Source of the DNA: a virus
Lineage: Duplodnaviria > Heunggongvirae > Uroviricota > Caudoviricetes
IMG/VR virus record: IMGVR_UViG_3300026484_000248
Span: 34,711 to 98,710 of that record
DNA length: 64,000 bases
Reading direction: 5' to 3' (one strand)
In this document: piece by piece, positions 10,183 through 18,646 of the stretch
Numbering within the stretch: the first letter of the stretch is position 1
How the letters are laid out: every line of letters starts with the position of its first letter
Notes under the pieces: generated by a model
Database searches by the model: none
The model's input: the letters and a program-made list of their open reading frames with translations, nothing else
Told to the model about the DNA's origin: nothing
Position numbers and translations under genes: made by a program

Positions 10183-10707
10183 ATGGGTGTATTAGAAGAA
10201 TTAAAAACAAGTCTTGCAATGGGTGCAAGAGGTAATAAGTATAAAATTATGTTAGCTGCTCCAGTAGGGCCACAAGATGATTTTTTAATAGATACTATAG
10301 GTAAAGGTGGAGCGATTCCAGCCAAAACAATAGGACAAATCGAAATTTGGACACAAGGAAGAAAATTAATTGTTGCAGGTGATGCAGCGTTTGAAAATGC
10401 TTGGAATTTGACTTTCTGGAATACACAAGATCATGCTCTTAGAACAGCGTTTGATAAGTGGATGTTATATATTGATGATATGGACAATCACAATAGAACG
10501 GCGACTGATCATGCTTCATATATGACAGAAGGAGCTCAAATCCAACAACTTAATACAGCCGATAATGCGGTTACGGCTACTTATAACTTTTATAACTTAT
10601 GGCCTACAGGTATTTCGGCAATTGATATGGCAGATGACCAACAAGATGCTATTACAGAATTTTCTGTAGACTTTGCTTACTCTCACTGGGTTAGAACAGA
10701 CGCATAA
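10183..10707 (+). CDS. tail tube protein, T4 gp19-like (paralog 2)
   Basis: The start is assigned at the internal ATG after the RBS GGAGG; the C-terminus ATYNFYNLWPTGISAIDMADDQQDAITEFSVDFAYSHWV closely matches the T4 gp19 C-terminal motif. Confidence 0.75.
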   Translation: MGVLEELKTSLAMGARGNKYKIMLAAPVGPQDDFLIDTIGKGGAIPAKTIGQIEIWTQGRKLIVAGDAAFENAWNLTFWNTQDHALRTAFDKWMLYIDDMDNHNRTATDHASYMTEGAQIQQLNTADNAVTATYNFYNLWPTGISAIDMADDQQDAITEFSVDFAYSHWVRTDA

Positions 10708-10799
10708 TCTTAATATAAGTATATGTTTTATCCTGAAGTATTTTACTTCAGGTTTTCTTTCTCTTTCCTAATGTTATAAATAATATTAAAAGGAAACTT

Positions 10800-11612
10800 A
10801 TGCAGTACTTTAACCACAATTCAATCAAAAATTATACTATAGCTCTGTTAGATATGTTTAATGACATTCATATCCCTAGATATAATTCTAAAGGTGAGCG
10901 AATTAAAGATATTAATGTCCCTATTAAATTTGGTAATAGAGATAAAGCTTATATATTATCAGAACACGACCTAGAAAATCTTCATAATGGAAATGTTAAT
11001 ACACTTCCTAGAATGGTACTTGCTTTTAACGGGATGTCGAAAGCACCTCAACGAGATACCAACAAACTCCACAAAATTAACAAAAGAAAAGTAAATGGAG
11101 ACCCTTCCTCCCTAATGTATGAATATCATTATAATGCGGTCGCATACGATTTTACTTTTACTATATATCTTGCTACTAGAACTTTTACAGATGCTACTAT
11201 AATCATAGAGCAAATAGCTCCTATGTTTAGACCTGACATTACATTAAAAATTCAGGAATTGGACATTCAAGAAACTCCTACTTCTGTACCTGTTCAATTA
11301 GGAGATTTTGGAATAGAACTACCTGAAGATATGAGTGAAGAAGAAATTAGAATTATCGAAGTAGATTTCCCTTTAACACTAAAAGGTAATTTATATTTGC
11401 CAATTAAAGATGCTGAAATTATTAAAGAAATTGAAGTTAATATGCTTAATATTGAAAGTACCAGAAATAAAAAAGGAATTGCTTACGAGTTAGAATATAA
11501 AGATGCTATTATTACTGCTAAAAGTACAGAAGGGCAGACTGTTGAAAATATAGAAGAGATTAAAACAGAACTAGAAAATGTTATTCCTTCGTTTGAAGAA
11601 GAAAACAATTAA
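10800..11612 (+). CDS. hypothetical late (virion-associated) protein
   Basis: TATAAATA is present at 10775-10782 with an RBS; the ORF is 270 aa with no recognisable motif. Confidence 0.4.
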   Translation: MQYFNHNSIKNYTIALLDMFNDIHIPRYNSKGERIKDINVPIKFGNRDKAYILSEHDLENLHNGNVNTLPRMVLAFNGMSKAPQRDTNKLHKINKRKVNGDPSSLMYEYHYNAVAYDFTFTIYLATRTFTDATIIIEQIAPMFRPDITLKIQELDIQETPTSVPVQLGDFGIELPEDMSEEEIRIIEVDFPLTLKGNLYLPIKDAEIIKEIEVNMLNIESTRNKKGIAYELEYKDAIITAKSTEGQTVENIEEIKTELENVIPSFEEENN

Positions 11613-11651
11613 AAAAACTTCTTATAGTAAAATTAAAAAGGAAAAATAAAA

Positions 11652-12281
11652 ATGAATTTAGAAGAAAGAATAGAGCAATATGATAAAATAACTAATGAGT
11701 TTACAAAAAACGAGGATGCTATAACCAATAAAATATTAAGTAGCTCACCTGAGGAAGTTATTCGAGATAGTAAAAAATTTATGTCATTATGTGATGTATT
11801 TGAAATAGATGCAGGTGAAATGGAAGAAAATATGCTTAAAGAAAAGGAAAAAACACTTAAAGCCATAACTCCAGAACATTACAAAGAAGAAATAGAAGTA
11901 ACAAGTATTATTGAAACAGATGATTTAATGTTTGATTTTACTCTTATAAGAAAGAATTTAAGAAATAATATACAAAGTACATCTACTTTACTTGAGAAGT
12001 TTGGAGAAGATTTGGGTTCTAGTCACGCTGAAGATGTTTCAGGCCAAATGCTTTTAGGATATTCTGAGTTAATAAAAAGCGTAAATACTTCTATGAAATT
12101 GTTAATTGATAGCTACAGCTCTGTGGCCAAGACGCAGACAGAAATTAAAAAGTTAATCTCATTAAATAAAGATTTGGATGAGAAAAATAGTGAGGCTGAC
12201 GAAACTTCAAGTGTAACTAATATAGTAAATTTTGTTGGTACGCCAGCTGAGATGTTAGCAAATTTAAAAGGTGCTAAATAG
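11652..12281 (+). CDS. hypothetical protein
   Basis: The ORF is 209 aa with a coding-like composition and is preceded by an RBS AAAGGAAAAA. Confidence 0.35.
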   Translation: MNLEERIEQYDKITNEFTKNEDAITNKILSSSPEEVIRDSKKFMSLCDVFEIDAGEMEENMLKEKEKTLKAITPEHYKEEIEVTSIIETDDLMFDFTLIRKNLRNNIQSTSTLLEKFGEDLGSSHAEDVSGQMLLGYSELIKSVNTSMKLLIDSYSSVAKTQTEIKKLISLNKDLDEKNSEADETSSVTNIVNFVGTPAEMLANLKGAK

Positions 12282-12347
12282 CCCTGGCGTACTATTTTTT
12301 GCTTTTTCTTGGTCATTTATTTTATATAGTTCTTTATAAATAGAAAG

Positions 12348-13028
12348 TTATATACCCACTATTCCTTTCAATCTATTAATTGATTTAGTTCTTTTCTTTT
12401 TCTCTTTAAGAGCAAGAACATTATAAACAGTTGAAATTCTATCTTCATATTCGTTTATCCAAGTAGGGGCAAACAAATTTTCAAATTGTTTAAGAGTATC
12501 TGACATTTCTTTTTTGCTTTCATTTTGTTCTCTTTTTTCTTCCATTTCGTTTATTATCTGAACTGTTGGGTCTTTAGGATTAATTGCTTCATCTATATCC
12601 ATATCCCATTTTAATCCAAATCTTGAGTTTAAACCAGCGAAAGATGGTTCATCTCTATCTACAAAAGAATAAAAAATGCCCCCACCAAGAAAAAACTTAT
12701 CATGAATTTTATTAATTATTCTTTGAACAACAATATCAATGTAATAAACTTTTTCAAGCCCTATTTTACTTGTCGTAAGGACTTTATATGTTTCGTCTGT
12801 ATCTGGATTGTCATTTATTAATGCCAGTTTTAAGGCACTAGCATAATATCGTCTATAAAATGAAAATCTTTCATCATTTTCATTTCTTTGGAACTGTATT
12901 TTGTGTTTTTTACAAACAGATTCAATCCCTTGTTTAAATTCTAAGCATAAATAATCAATAATTTCAGTATAAGACTGATTGTTAATATCTACATCAACAT
13001 TTAAATTGTAAAAATCTATTCCTACCAT
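12348..13028 (-). CDS. hypothetical protein
   Basis: It is a 226-aa ORF in the minus-strand operon, translationally coupled to 13028..13579. Confidence 0.4.
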   Translation of the reverse strand: MVGIDFYNLNVDVDINNQSYTEIIDYLCLEFKQGIESVCKKHKIQFQRNENDERFSFYRRYYASALKLALINDNPDTDETYKVLTTSKIGLEKVYYIDIVVQRIINKIHDKFFLGGGIFYSFVDRDEPSFAGLNSRFGLKWDMDIDEAINPKDPTVQIINEMEEKREQNESKKEMSDTLKQFENLFAPTWINEYEDRISTVYNVLALKEKKKRTKSINRLKGIVGI

Positions 13029-13579
13029 TAATTCGCCAATCTATAATTATTTAAAGTATTAATTAAATCCATTTCAAAAGTACTAAATCTTCCATAGCTT
13101 TCAAGTATTTCAAAATCTGTTTTTGAAGTATATAAACAAATTGCTCTACCTAATTCTGGTTCCCATTTAAAATTTCCTGTTCTAAAAAGTGCTGCAGTTG
13201 TATAAATTTTTTCTGTAAGAACGATGCTTATTGCTGTTTTAATACCTTTAAGACTATATACATCTTCACAAAAATCAGACCAAGGATAAAAATTCTCAGG
13301 GTCTTGTAAAATATCATTTAAGTTATCTAAATCTTCAGATACTCCGGCATTTAAGCTAATTACAGTTTTATGATTACGACTCCAATCAAATAATATTTTA
13401 TACGCTTCTTCCTTTTCTAAATCAATTAAATCCAATTTATCTTTCTGAGATGGGTTTGGAACATATTTGTTGAAAATCTCAACTGTGCTATGTAATGTTT
13501 GGATTCCTTTTGCCATTGGCGACAACATAAAATGACTAAATGTATAGCATCTTTTCTCTAAATCTTTTGTATTTTTCAT
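13028..13579 (-). CDS. hypothetical protein
   Basis: It is a 183-aa ORF with overlapping start and stop codons with its neighbours. Confidence 0.4.
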   Translation of the reverse strand: MKNTKDLEKRCYTFSHFMLSPMAKGIQTLHSTVEIFNKYVPNPSQKDKLDLIDLEKEEAYKILFDWSRNHKTVISLNAGVSEDLDNLNDILQDPENFYPWSDFCEDVYSLKGIKTAISIVLTEKIYTTAALFRTGNFKWEPELGRAICLYTSKTDFEILESYGRFSTFEMDLINTLNNYRLAN

Positions 13580-13959
13580 TTCTTTCCTTTATTTTGTATT
13601 AAATCAAAAGTAATTATTTTAATATCTTTTATATTCATTGAGTTATTATTAGTAATTGCTCTTATGCCGAATTGATAATTAATTAAACCATTTTCCAATA
13701 AATCTTTTTTATCACCAATAAATTCTATATCTGCTACAAGATTTTCATCTTCAATTCTATAATTTTTACTAATACAAGCATTTATCGAATCAATTTGATG
13801 CTTAGTATTTCTTTTTCCTTTTGAGTCAATTCCACCATTTAATTCTTTATCTTTTAATTGTTTTAATTGTTTTTGAATTTCCTCAAGAACTTCTTTTGAA
13901 TATATTAAACCATTTGGCGAAATAGTTTGCTCATTTAGTTGTCTTATAACTACTTTCAT
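13576..13959 (-). CDS. hypothetical protein
   Basis: It is a 127-aa ORF and the first gene downstream of the non-coding island on the minus strand. Confidence 0.4.
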   Translation of the reverse strand: MKVVIRQLNEQTISPNGLIYSKEVLEEIQKQLKQLKDKELNGGIDSKGKRNTKHQIDSINACISKNYRIEDENLVADIEFIGDKKDLLENGLINYQFGIRAITNNNSMNIKDIKIITFDLIQNKGKK

Positions 13960-14925
13960 TTCTTTCCTTTATAAAAATAAAAATTCAATATTATTAATAA
14001 ATCTCTTTACAAGATTTAACTTTATTTGATATTGAATTTTTATATTTATTGAATATACTACCCTATGTTAAGGTATCGCTTCCTTAATGTTTTCGTTAAT
14101 TTTGCGACTTGAAATCCTCTTCATCCGGCCATAGTGATATTACTTTAGTAATTGTCTTAAAAAGTTATTTTTTTAAGAATTTACTTAATTTTATTTCTGG
14201 TTATTCTCACATAATTTGTATATTTACCTATTATCCTGCCTGGATAATAGGGGCTATATTTAGCCGCTTAGTGGTGAGTAACTAGCCTTTCATCCCTTTG
14301 GACTTCACTGCAAAACCTCAATCCATTCTCGCGCATTAATAGACACATTACAGCATTAACTGCTCCATTGCTGGACTACGCGTAGACGCCTACTTTAACT
14401 CTAAACTATCTGATAACCTGTGTCTTAATTGGGCGATAATTATAATAAAGCGAACTTTTCATTCTATTTTGTAAACACTAAGTTTAAGTACTTTTTGTAT
14501 TCTTTGTTATACCCTTATACCGTTACTCGACGTTATCTTTTACGATATTAATAGTTTATACTAAGATTTACTTAATAAATGATAGGAATGGAGAGATTTG
14601 AACTCATCAACCTTCGGATTTAAGTTCCGCCGCTCTACCTTTAGAGCTACATCCCTATAACTTTTAAGAGCATCTGTTTGTAAACTTCTCTTAAAATTAA
14701 GTGTTTAAGTGTTTAAAATATATCTTAATCTTTCATTGAAATCATTCTTCTGAGTAACTATACGGTGACTTTCTATAATTCTATCTTTTACTCTGTTAAT
14801 AAGATTTCATAATGTAATTTATACTACTGAGTCTGTTTCAACTCTAATATTTTTAGGTAGAGATTTGTTTCTAATTTTAGTCTTACCTATACTACCGTAT
14901 TCCTTATAAATATCTTTTGTTGTCT
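13960..14925 (-). other. ~1 kb non-coding island, locally GC-elevated and hairpin-rich; transcribed leader / candidate structured ncRNA(s) containing the tRNA-like gene
   Basis: No ORF of 60 aa or more exists on either strand; the composition shifts toward GC; it contains the perfect hairpins CCTATTATCC-TGCCT-GGATAATAGG (about 14230-14255) and GGCTA-TATT-TAGCC; an early-type promoter on the minus strand at 14926-14950 points into it. Confidence 0.4.
14583..14656 (-). tRNA. tRNA-like gene (acceptor 7/7 bp, D-arm 4 bp with GG, T-loop TTCAAAT, short variable arm); anticodon loop reads ACUUAAA, giving an apparent anticodon UUA (ochre-suppressor-like); possibly degenerate
   Basis: The minus-strand sequence is AGGGATG-TA-GCTC-TAAAGGTA-GAGC-G-(G)CGGA-ACTTAAA-TCCG(A)-AGGTTG-ATGAG-TTCAAAT-CTCTC-CATTCCT-A. 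The acceptor stem is fully paired with one G.U; the T-stem has only 3 Watson-Crick pairs; C33 is unusual. Confidence 0.5.
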
Positions 14926-14950
14926 AAGTATAATTATAACATAAATAAAC
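14926..14950 (-). promoter_or_regulatory. early-type extended -10 promoter (minus strand TGTTATAAT) driving the non-coding island/tRNA
   Basis: The plus strand reads ctaagtataattataacataaataaac, a palindromic TTATAATTATAA core shared with at least 8 other intergenic sites. Confidence 0.45.
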
Positions 14951-14955
14951 TTAAC

Positions 14956-15534
14956 TTAAACAGAACCTTTAGGATATTTTAATATTTTAGTGATACTTGT
15001 TAAATCTTTTCTCATATCTTTAACTGAATATTCTGAGTTTACTGCGTTTAGGAAATTATCTAGTCCAACATTTTTAATGAACTCTAAAGAACTAACAGCT
15101 ATTTTATTCCAAAATTCACTTGAATGGTATAACCATTCTTCAATTTTATCCGCTATATCATCTGTAGTGACTACTTTACCTCTAGCTATAACAGATGAAC
15201 AACTATACTCTAATAATGTTTCTACATCTTTAATATCTGAAACTTTTAAATAATTAGCAACTCTTGCCTTAACCAGCATTCTATCACCCACATAGCTTAA
15301 TAAAGTCTTATTATTTACTGCATAGCCTTTATAAGCATAAGGTATATTCTTTTTAAACATAACTCCAGTAACTTCTGAGTCGTTCGCAACTTTAACATTG
15401 CCTAAGTAATTCCAAGATTGATTTCTTGAGCCTTCCCAATAACCATCCGAAAATTGGCCTAATAATTCTGAATCTAATAACACCTTCTGAGCTTCGTTTT
15501 CTACTATAATTAACGCTTTGTTTGAGTTTATCAT
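14956..15534 (-). CDS. hypothetical protein
   Basis: It is a 192-aa ORF with a TGTTATAAT promoter 30 nt upstream (15561-15574). Confidence 0.45.
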   Translation of the reverse strand: MINSNKALIIVENEAQKVLLDSELLGQFSDGYWEGSRNQSWNYLGNVKVANDSEVTGVMFKKNIPYAYKGYAVNNKTLLSYVGDRMLVKARVANYLKVSDIKDVETLLEYSCSSVIARGKVVTTDDIADKIEEWLYHSSEFWNKIAVSSLEFIKNVGLDNFLNAVNSEYSVKDMRKDLTSITKILKYPKGSV

Positions 15535-15560
15535 TTTGTTACCTTTTAAGTTAGTCTATA

Positions 15561-15574
15561 CATAATTATAACAT
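15561..15574 (-). promoter_or_regulatory. early-type promoter TGTTATAAT (minus strand)
   Basis: The plus strand reads cataattataacat, about 30 nt upstream of the ATG at 15534. Confidence 0.45.
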
Positions 15575-15606
15575 AAGATTCTTAATATAACATTAAATCC
15601 GCAAGT

Positions 15607-15870
15607 TTATTGATTGATATAATCAGGCTCCACCTTAACTGTATTGTTGGCTACTAATTCGAAATTTTCAATACCTTCTTCAAGCTTCTGTAAAAGGGCA
15701 TTCTTAGCAACGCCAGCGATATTTAATCTCACTTGTTGGTGTTGTATTTCTGTATCGACTGTTCTTATATCGCCTAGTAATTTTTGTGAAGTTTCATCCA
15801 GTGAGTCTAAGTAATACTTGTTCTTGTTTATTGTGATAGTTTGTCTTTCAACTATTTTTGGTTCTGTCAT
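15607..15870 (-). CDS. hypothetical small protein
   Basis: It is an 87-aa ORF overlapping the start of the next ORF. Confidence 0.35.
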   Translation of the reverse strand: MTEPKIVERQTITINKNKYYLDSLDETSQKLLGDIRTVDTEIQHQQVRLNIAGVAKNALLQKLEEGIENFELVANNTVKVEPDYINQ

Positions 15871-16276
15871 TTGTTTCCTTTTTAATTTTTACTAAATCGC
15901 TTTTTGCTTTGATATTCATATATTCTCGATTCCAAGAAAAGAGTTCAAAGGTCATACTATCTTTTACTAAAGCGCTTAAATCCACTTTAGTGGGTTGCAC
16001 TCTTAATCCTATATAATTATTTTTATAAATTATCCAATTAAACAAGATGCCGTTCTTAATAAAAAATTTCTCAAGATTATCGAGCATATACATTTTAAAG
16101 ACCATATATTTTTTTATTTGAAAATTGTTATCTTGCCATTTGTCAAACATTATCTGATTAATATTGTTATCTTCACTTTCAAATGGTCTAACTGAAGCAC
16201 TTGAGAAAATATTAGAAATATTTTCAGCATTATAGTTTATATCTTCTAATAATATAAACCACATTTTAGTAGACAT
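15848..16276 (-). CDS. hypothetical protein
   Basis: It is a 142-aa ORF. Confidence 0.35.
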   Translation of the reverse strand: MSTKMWFILLEDINYNAENISNIFSSASVRPFESEDNNINQIMFDKWQDNNFQIKKYMVFKMYMLDNLEKFFIKNGILFNWIIYKNNYIGLRVQPTKVDLSALVKDSMTFELFSWNREYMNIKAKSDLVKIKKETNDRTKNS

Positions 16277-16597
16277 TTATCTACCTATTCTTTGAATATT
16301 TAAATGCTCCATACCTTTTCCGTCTATGAAAGGGATAATAATTACTTTTTCAGCAGATGCGAAATTTGCTGCCATTAGTCTGTAAATATTTGTAATATTA
16401 TCAAATAAAGTTCCTTTTGTATCATATCTCAATAAGACTTTTAATTTAGTAATTTCTTGTTCACTAAGGTTAATTCCTGTTACATCTTTTAAAATTTCAA
16501 ATACAAAAGTGTCGTTCTTTTGTATATCTTTAAAACCGTTTTGTAATATTTTTGGTTCTGTTATTTCCTCTGCTTTTTCAGTTTTTTTCTTTGCCAT
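16277..16597 (-). CDS. hypothetical protein
   Basis: It is a 106-aa ORF preceded by an RBS AAAGGAACAACAA. Confidence 0.4.
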   Translation of the reverse strand: MAKKKTEKAEEITEPKILQNGFKDIQKNDTFVFEILKDVTGINLSEQEITKLKVLLRYDTKGTLFDNITNIYRLMAANFASAEKVIIIPFIDGKGMEHLNIQRIGR

Positions 16598-16746
16598 ATT
16601 GTTGTTCCTTTTAATATTAGTATGTTGCCAACTTAATCTGTTTATTCCTAAGTACTTGCAATCACTTGTTGCTCAGTTAGTGCTTTACCCGTAATTGTAT
16701 TTCTTGCCCTTCATCAGAAACTAAAGTTGCTCTATACTCAATTAGA

Positions 16747-17355
16747 TTATTTGCCTTCTTTTTCTTTTTTATCTGAATCTTTTTCTTTTAACTTAAGTTT
16801 AGCCATCGCTTTACCTACTAATGTTCTGTATTCGTCTCTTGCCTCTGAACTACTGCCCCAATTAGTATCAAGTGATTCAACAGCTTCATCTTGAAATTTA
16901 AAAGCAAAATCCATAGCAGGAAGCAAATTTAAGTCCAGATTTTCTACACTATAACTTAATGTTATATGGGGTTTATAATCATCAAATTCCGAAATAAATT
17001 TATATTCTTGTACAAGCGCTTCATTTCGTTTAAGTAAATCTTGTGAATTTATTTCTGCAACTAATGCATCTTTATTTTCCCCAAATAGATTAAATTCTTT
17101 GAAAGTCCCTACTGCAGTATATTCAGCTGGTTCAATTTCCTCAACTTGTGGTTTCTTAGAATAAATTAAGCTGCAATGTAAATCCGTATTAATCTTTTGG
17201 CCTTTAAGATATTTTTCTTGATATTCTTTTACTGCCAGTTCAGTTTCCTCTGATAATTTAACCGATATATAAACCCCGTCCGGAAAATGAACCTCTTCAT
17301 GTTCTTCTCCGGTTTCTATATTATTTTCAGTAATATATTGTCTAAAGGTTACCAT
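16747..17355 (-). CDS. 2H phosphoesterase family protein (LigT / 2',3'-cyclic phosphodiesterase-like)
   Basis: It carries two H-x-T/S-x motifs (DLHCSLIY and KPHITLSY) with the spacing typical of the 2H superfamily. Confidence 0.5.
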   Translation of the reverse strand: MVTFRQYITENNIETGEEHEEVHFPDGVYISVKLSEETELAVKEYQEKYLKGQKINTDLHCSLIYSKKPQVEEIEPAEYTAVGTFKEFNLFGENKDALVAEINSQDLLKRNEALVQEYKFISEFDDYKPHITLSYSVENLDLNLLPAMDFAFKFQDEAVESLDTNWGSSSEARDEYRTLVGKAMAKLKLKEKDSDKKEKEGK

Positions 17356-17600
17356 TATAAATAGCCTTTATCGCCTGGTTTAAAATGTCCTTTGTTAATA
17401 TTTTTTTCCCAATAAGCTTTAATTTTATCATTAGTAGCTCTATCTGAAAGATTAAACCCTCTATTATTAGAATTTATTAATGATGAATAAGTAACATAAC
17501 CACTATACTTATCAGCATTTTTCAATATTTGCTCTAATTCCTCATCTGTTGGAACGGGTTTTTTTGATTTCTCACTTATGTATTCACTAAATTTTTGCAT
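17355..17600 (-). CDS. hypothetical small protein
   Basis: It is an 81-aa ORF with coupled start and stop codons. Confidence 0.35.
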   Translation of the reverse strand: MQKFSEYISEKSKKPVPTDEELEQILKNADKYSGYVTYSSLINSNNRGFNLSDRATNDKIKAYWEKNINKGHFKPGDKGYL

Positions 17601-17635
17601 TTTAATTCTCCTTTATTATTATTTATAGAAAGCTG

Positions 17636-18094
17636 TTACGAACAGCTTTCACAAATATAATTGTCTCCACCTTCTTTTTCTTGTTTTAAATAATAACTTG
17701 TTTTTACTCCTAATTTGAATCCATATAGATGCAATTGAGTTAATTCTAAAAGACTATCGGGTTTTGTGATATAAGTATTAATACTTTGCGCCTGGTCAAG
17801 CCATTTCTGCCTAACTGCTGCATTTTCAATTAAAATAAATTGATTACAACCAAAGCTTCTTTTGTAGAATCTATTATTTATTCTAAAATTTGGAACAAGA
17901 GTCGGTATTGTTTGGGTTCCTTCTTCTTTATAAAAGAAGTCGGCAATTGGTTCTATACTTTCTGTTGCATTACATGCTTTCCCACTTGTATTATGACTTA
18001 TACAACCATTACTTAGTGCATATTCATGCACTTCAGGAACCTTTATATCCCAAGTATGTTCTGTTAATCCATCTGTTATTTTTTTAATTTTCAT
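17636..18094 (-). CDS. nrdA: nrdA fragment 3: C-terminal intein-2 segment (about 35 aa, ..VHEYALSNGCISHN) fused to the NrdA C-terminal extein (TSGKACNATESIEP..HLYGFKLGVKTSYYL..CESCS)
   Basis: The extein aligns with the E. coli NrdA C-terminus (ESIEP, HFYGWKQGLKTGMYYL, terminal Cys pair); the intein blocks F/G end in HN followed by Thr +1; it is in the same frame as 18647..19630. Confidence 0.7.
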   Translation of the reverse strand: MKIKKITDGLTEHTWDIKVPEVHEYALSNGCISHNTSGKACNATESIEPIADFFYKEEGTQTIPTLVPNFRINNRFYKRSFGCNQFILIENAAVRQKWLDQAQSINTYITKPDSLLELTQLHLYGFKLGVKTSYYLKQEKEGGDNYICESCS

Positions 18095-18114
18095 ATATTT
18101 TCCTTTATTATACC

Positions 18115-18372
18115 TTATTGTTCTTGGGAGATTTCAACAATCTCCATATTTTCATCCAAGTCCGCGACTTGAACCCAACCCTCTGAACCATCTTTATATT
18201 TAACAAGTAATTTATGATTAAGTGTGAATTTATAAGAACTTCCATCTTCAAATTCAATTTCCCTAACAGGTTGTTTGCCATTATACCAGATTTTAGTTAC
18301 ATTTTTATCACCAAATCTCGTAGGAATAGTTATTCCCTTTTTTATATATTTACTAACTTTAATTACCTTCAT
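18115..18372 (-). CDS. Hint-domain (intein N-terminal splicing region)-like 85-aa ORF lying between nrdA fragments 2 and 3, in a different frame
   Basis: It has a block-B-like GSSYKFTLNHKLLV (G..h..T..H) and a GWVQVADLDENMEIV segment like intein 1 (GYVQAKELLKTDKL); it has its own RBS and ATG; it lacks an N-terminal Cys. Confidence 0.45.
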   Translation of the reverse strand: MKVIKVSKYIKKGITIPTRFGDKNVTKIWYNGKQPVREIEFEDGSSYKFTLNHKLLVKYKDGSEGWVQVADLDENMEIVEISQEQ

Positions 18373-18646
18373 ATTTTTCCTTTATAATATTTAATACTTC
18401 TTGACTTTTAAAAAATTATTCTCATTACTCCATATTTTAAAAATCTCAAAACTATTATCTTTCGCTAATTTTATTTTTTCATTTTGTATTTTTAAGATTT
18501 CTTCTGAACTTCTTTTACTTTAAGGACATTCCCATTCTTTTATATTTGGATGACAATGAATACATCATAATAATTATATTTAATCATTTTACGCCCACTT
18601 AACTTTATATCCATTTATAAAAATGAAGTAGTAGGCACAATTAAAA

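Noticed and set aside
9815-10325. ORFs 9815..10096(+) and 10125..10325(-), and N-terminal extensions of track ORFs 8341..10182, 10087..10707 and 34979..35677
   Set aside because: They overlap better-supported genes on the other strand or run through intergenic promoter sequence; internal ATGs with RBSs (10113(-), 10183(+), 35590(-)) give proteins that align from residue 1 with paralogs or homologs.
14583-14656. Reading the tRNA-like gene as tRNA-Leu(UAA)
   Set aside because: That would require a shifted anticodon stem with no base pairing, and a type II long variable arm, which is absent (variable region about 6 nt).
16509-16694. Small plus-strand ORFs overlapping minus-strand genes (16509..16694, 17890..18087, 20103..20330, 21465..21785, 26251..26496, 27546..27776, 28249..28461, 29158..29409, 35039..35335, 36279..36563 and others)
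   Set aside because: They are antisense to motif-bearing genes, with low-complexity hydrophobic translations typical of the reverse frame of AT-rich coding DNA, and have no RBS or promoter.
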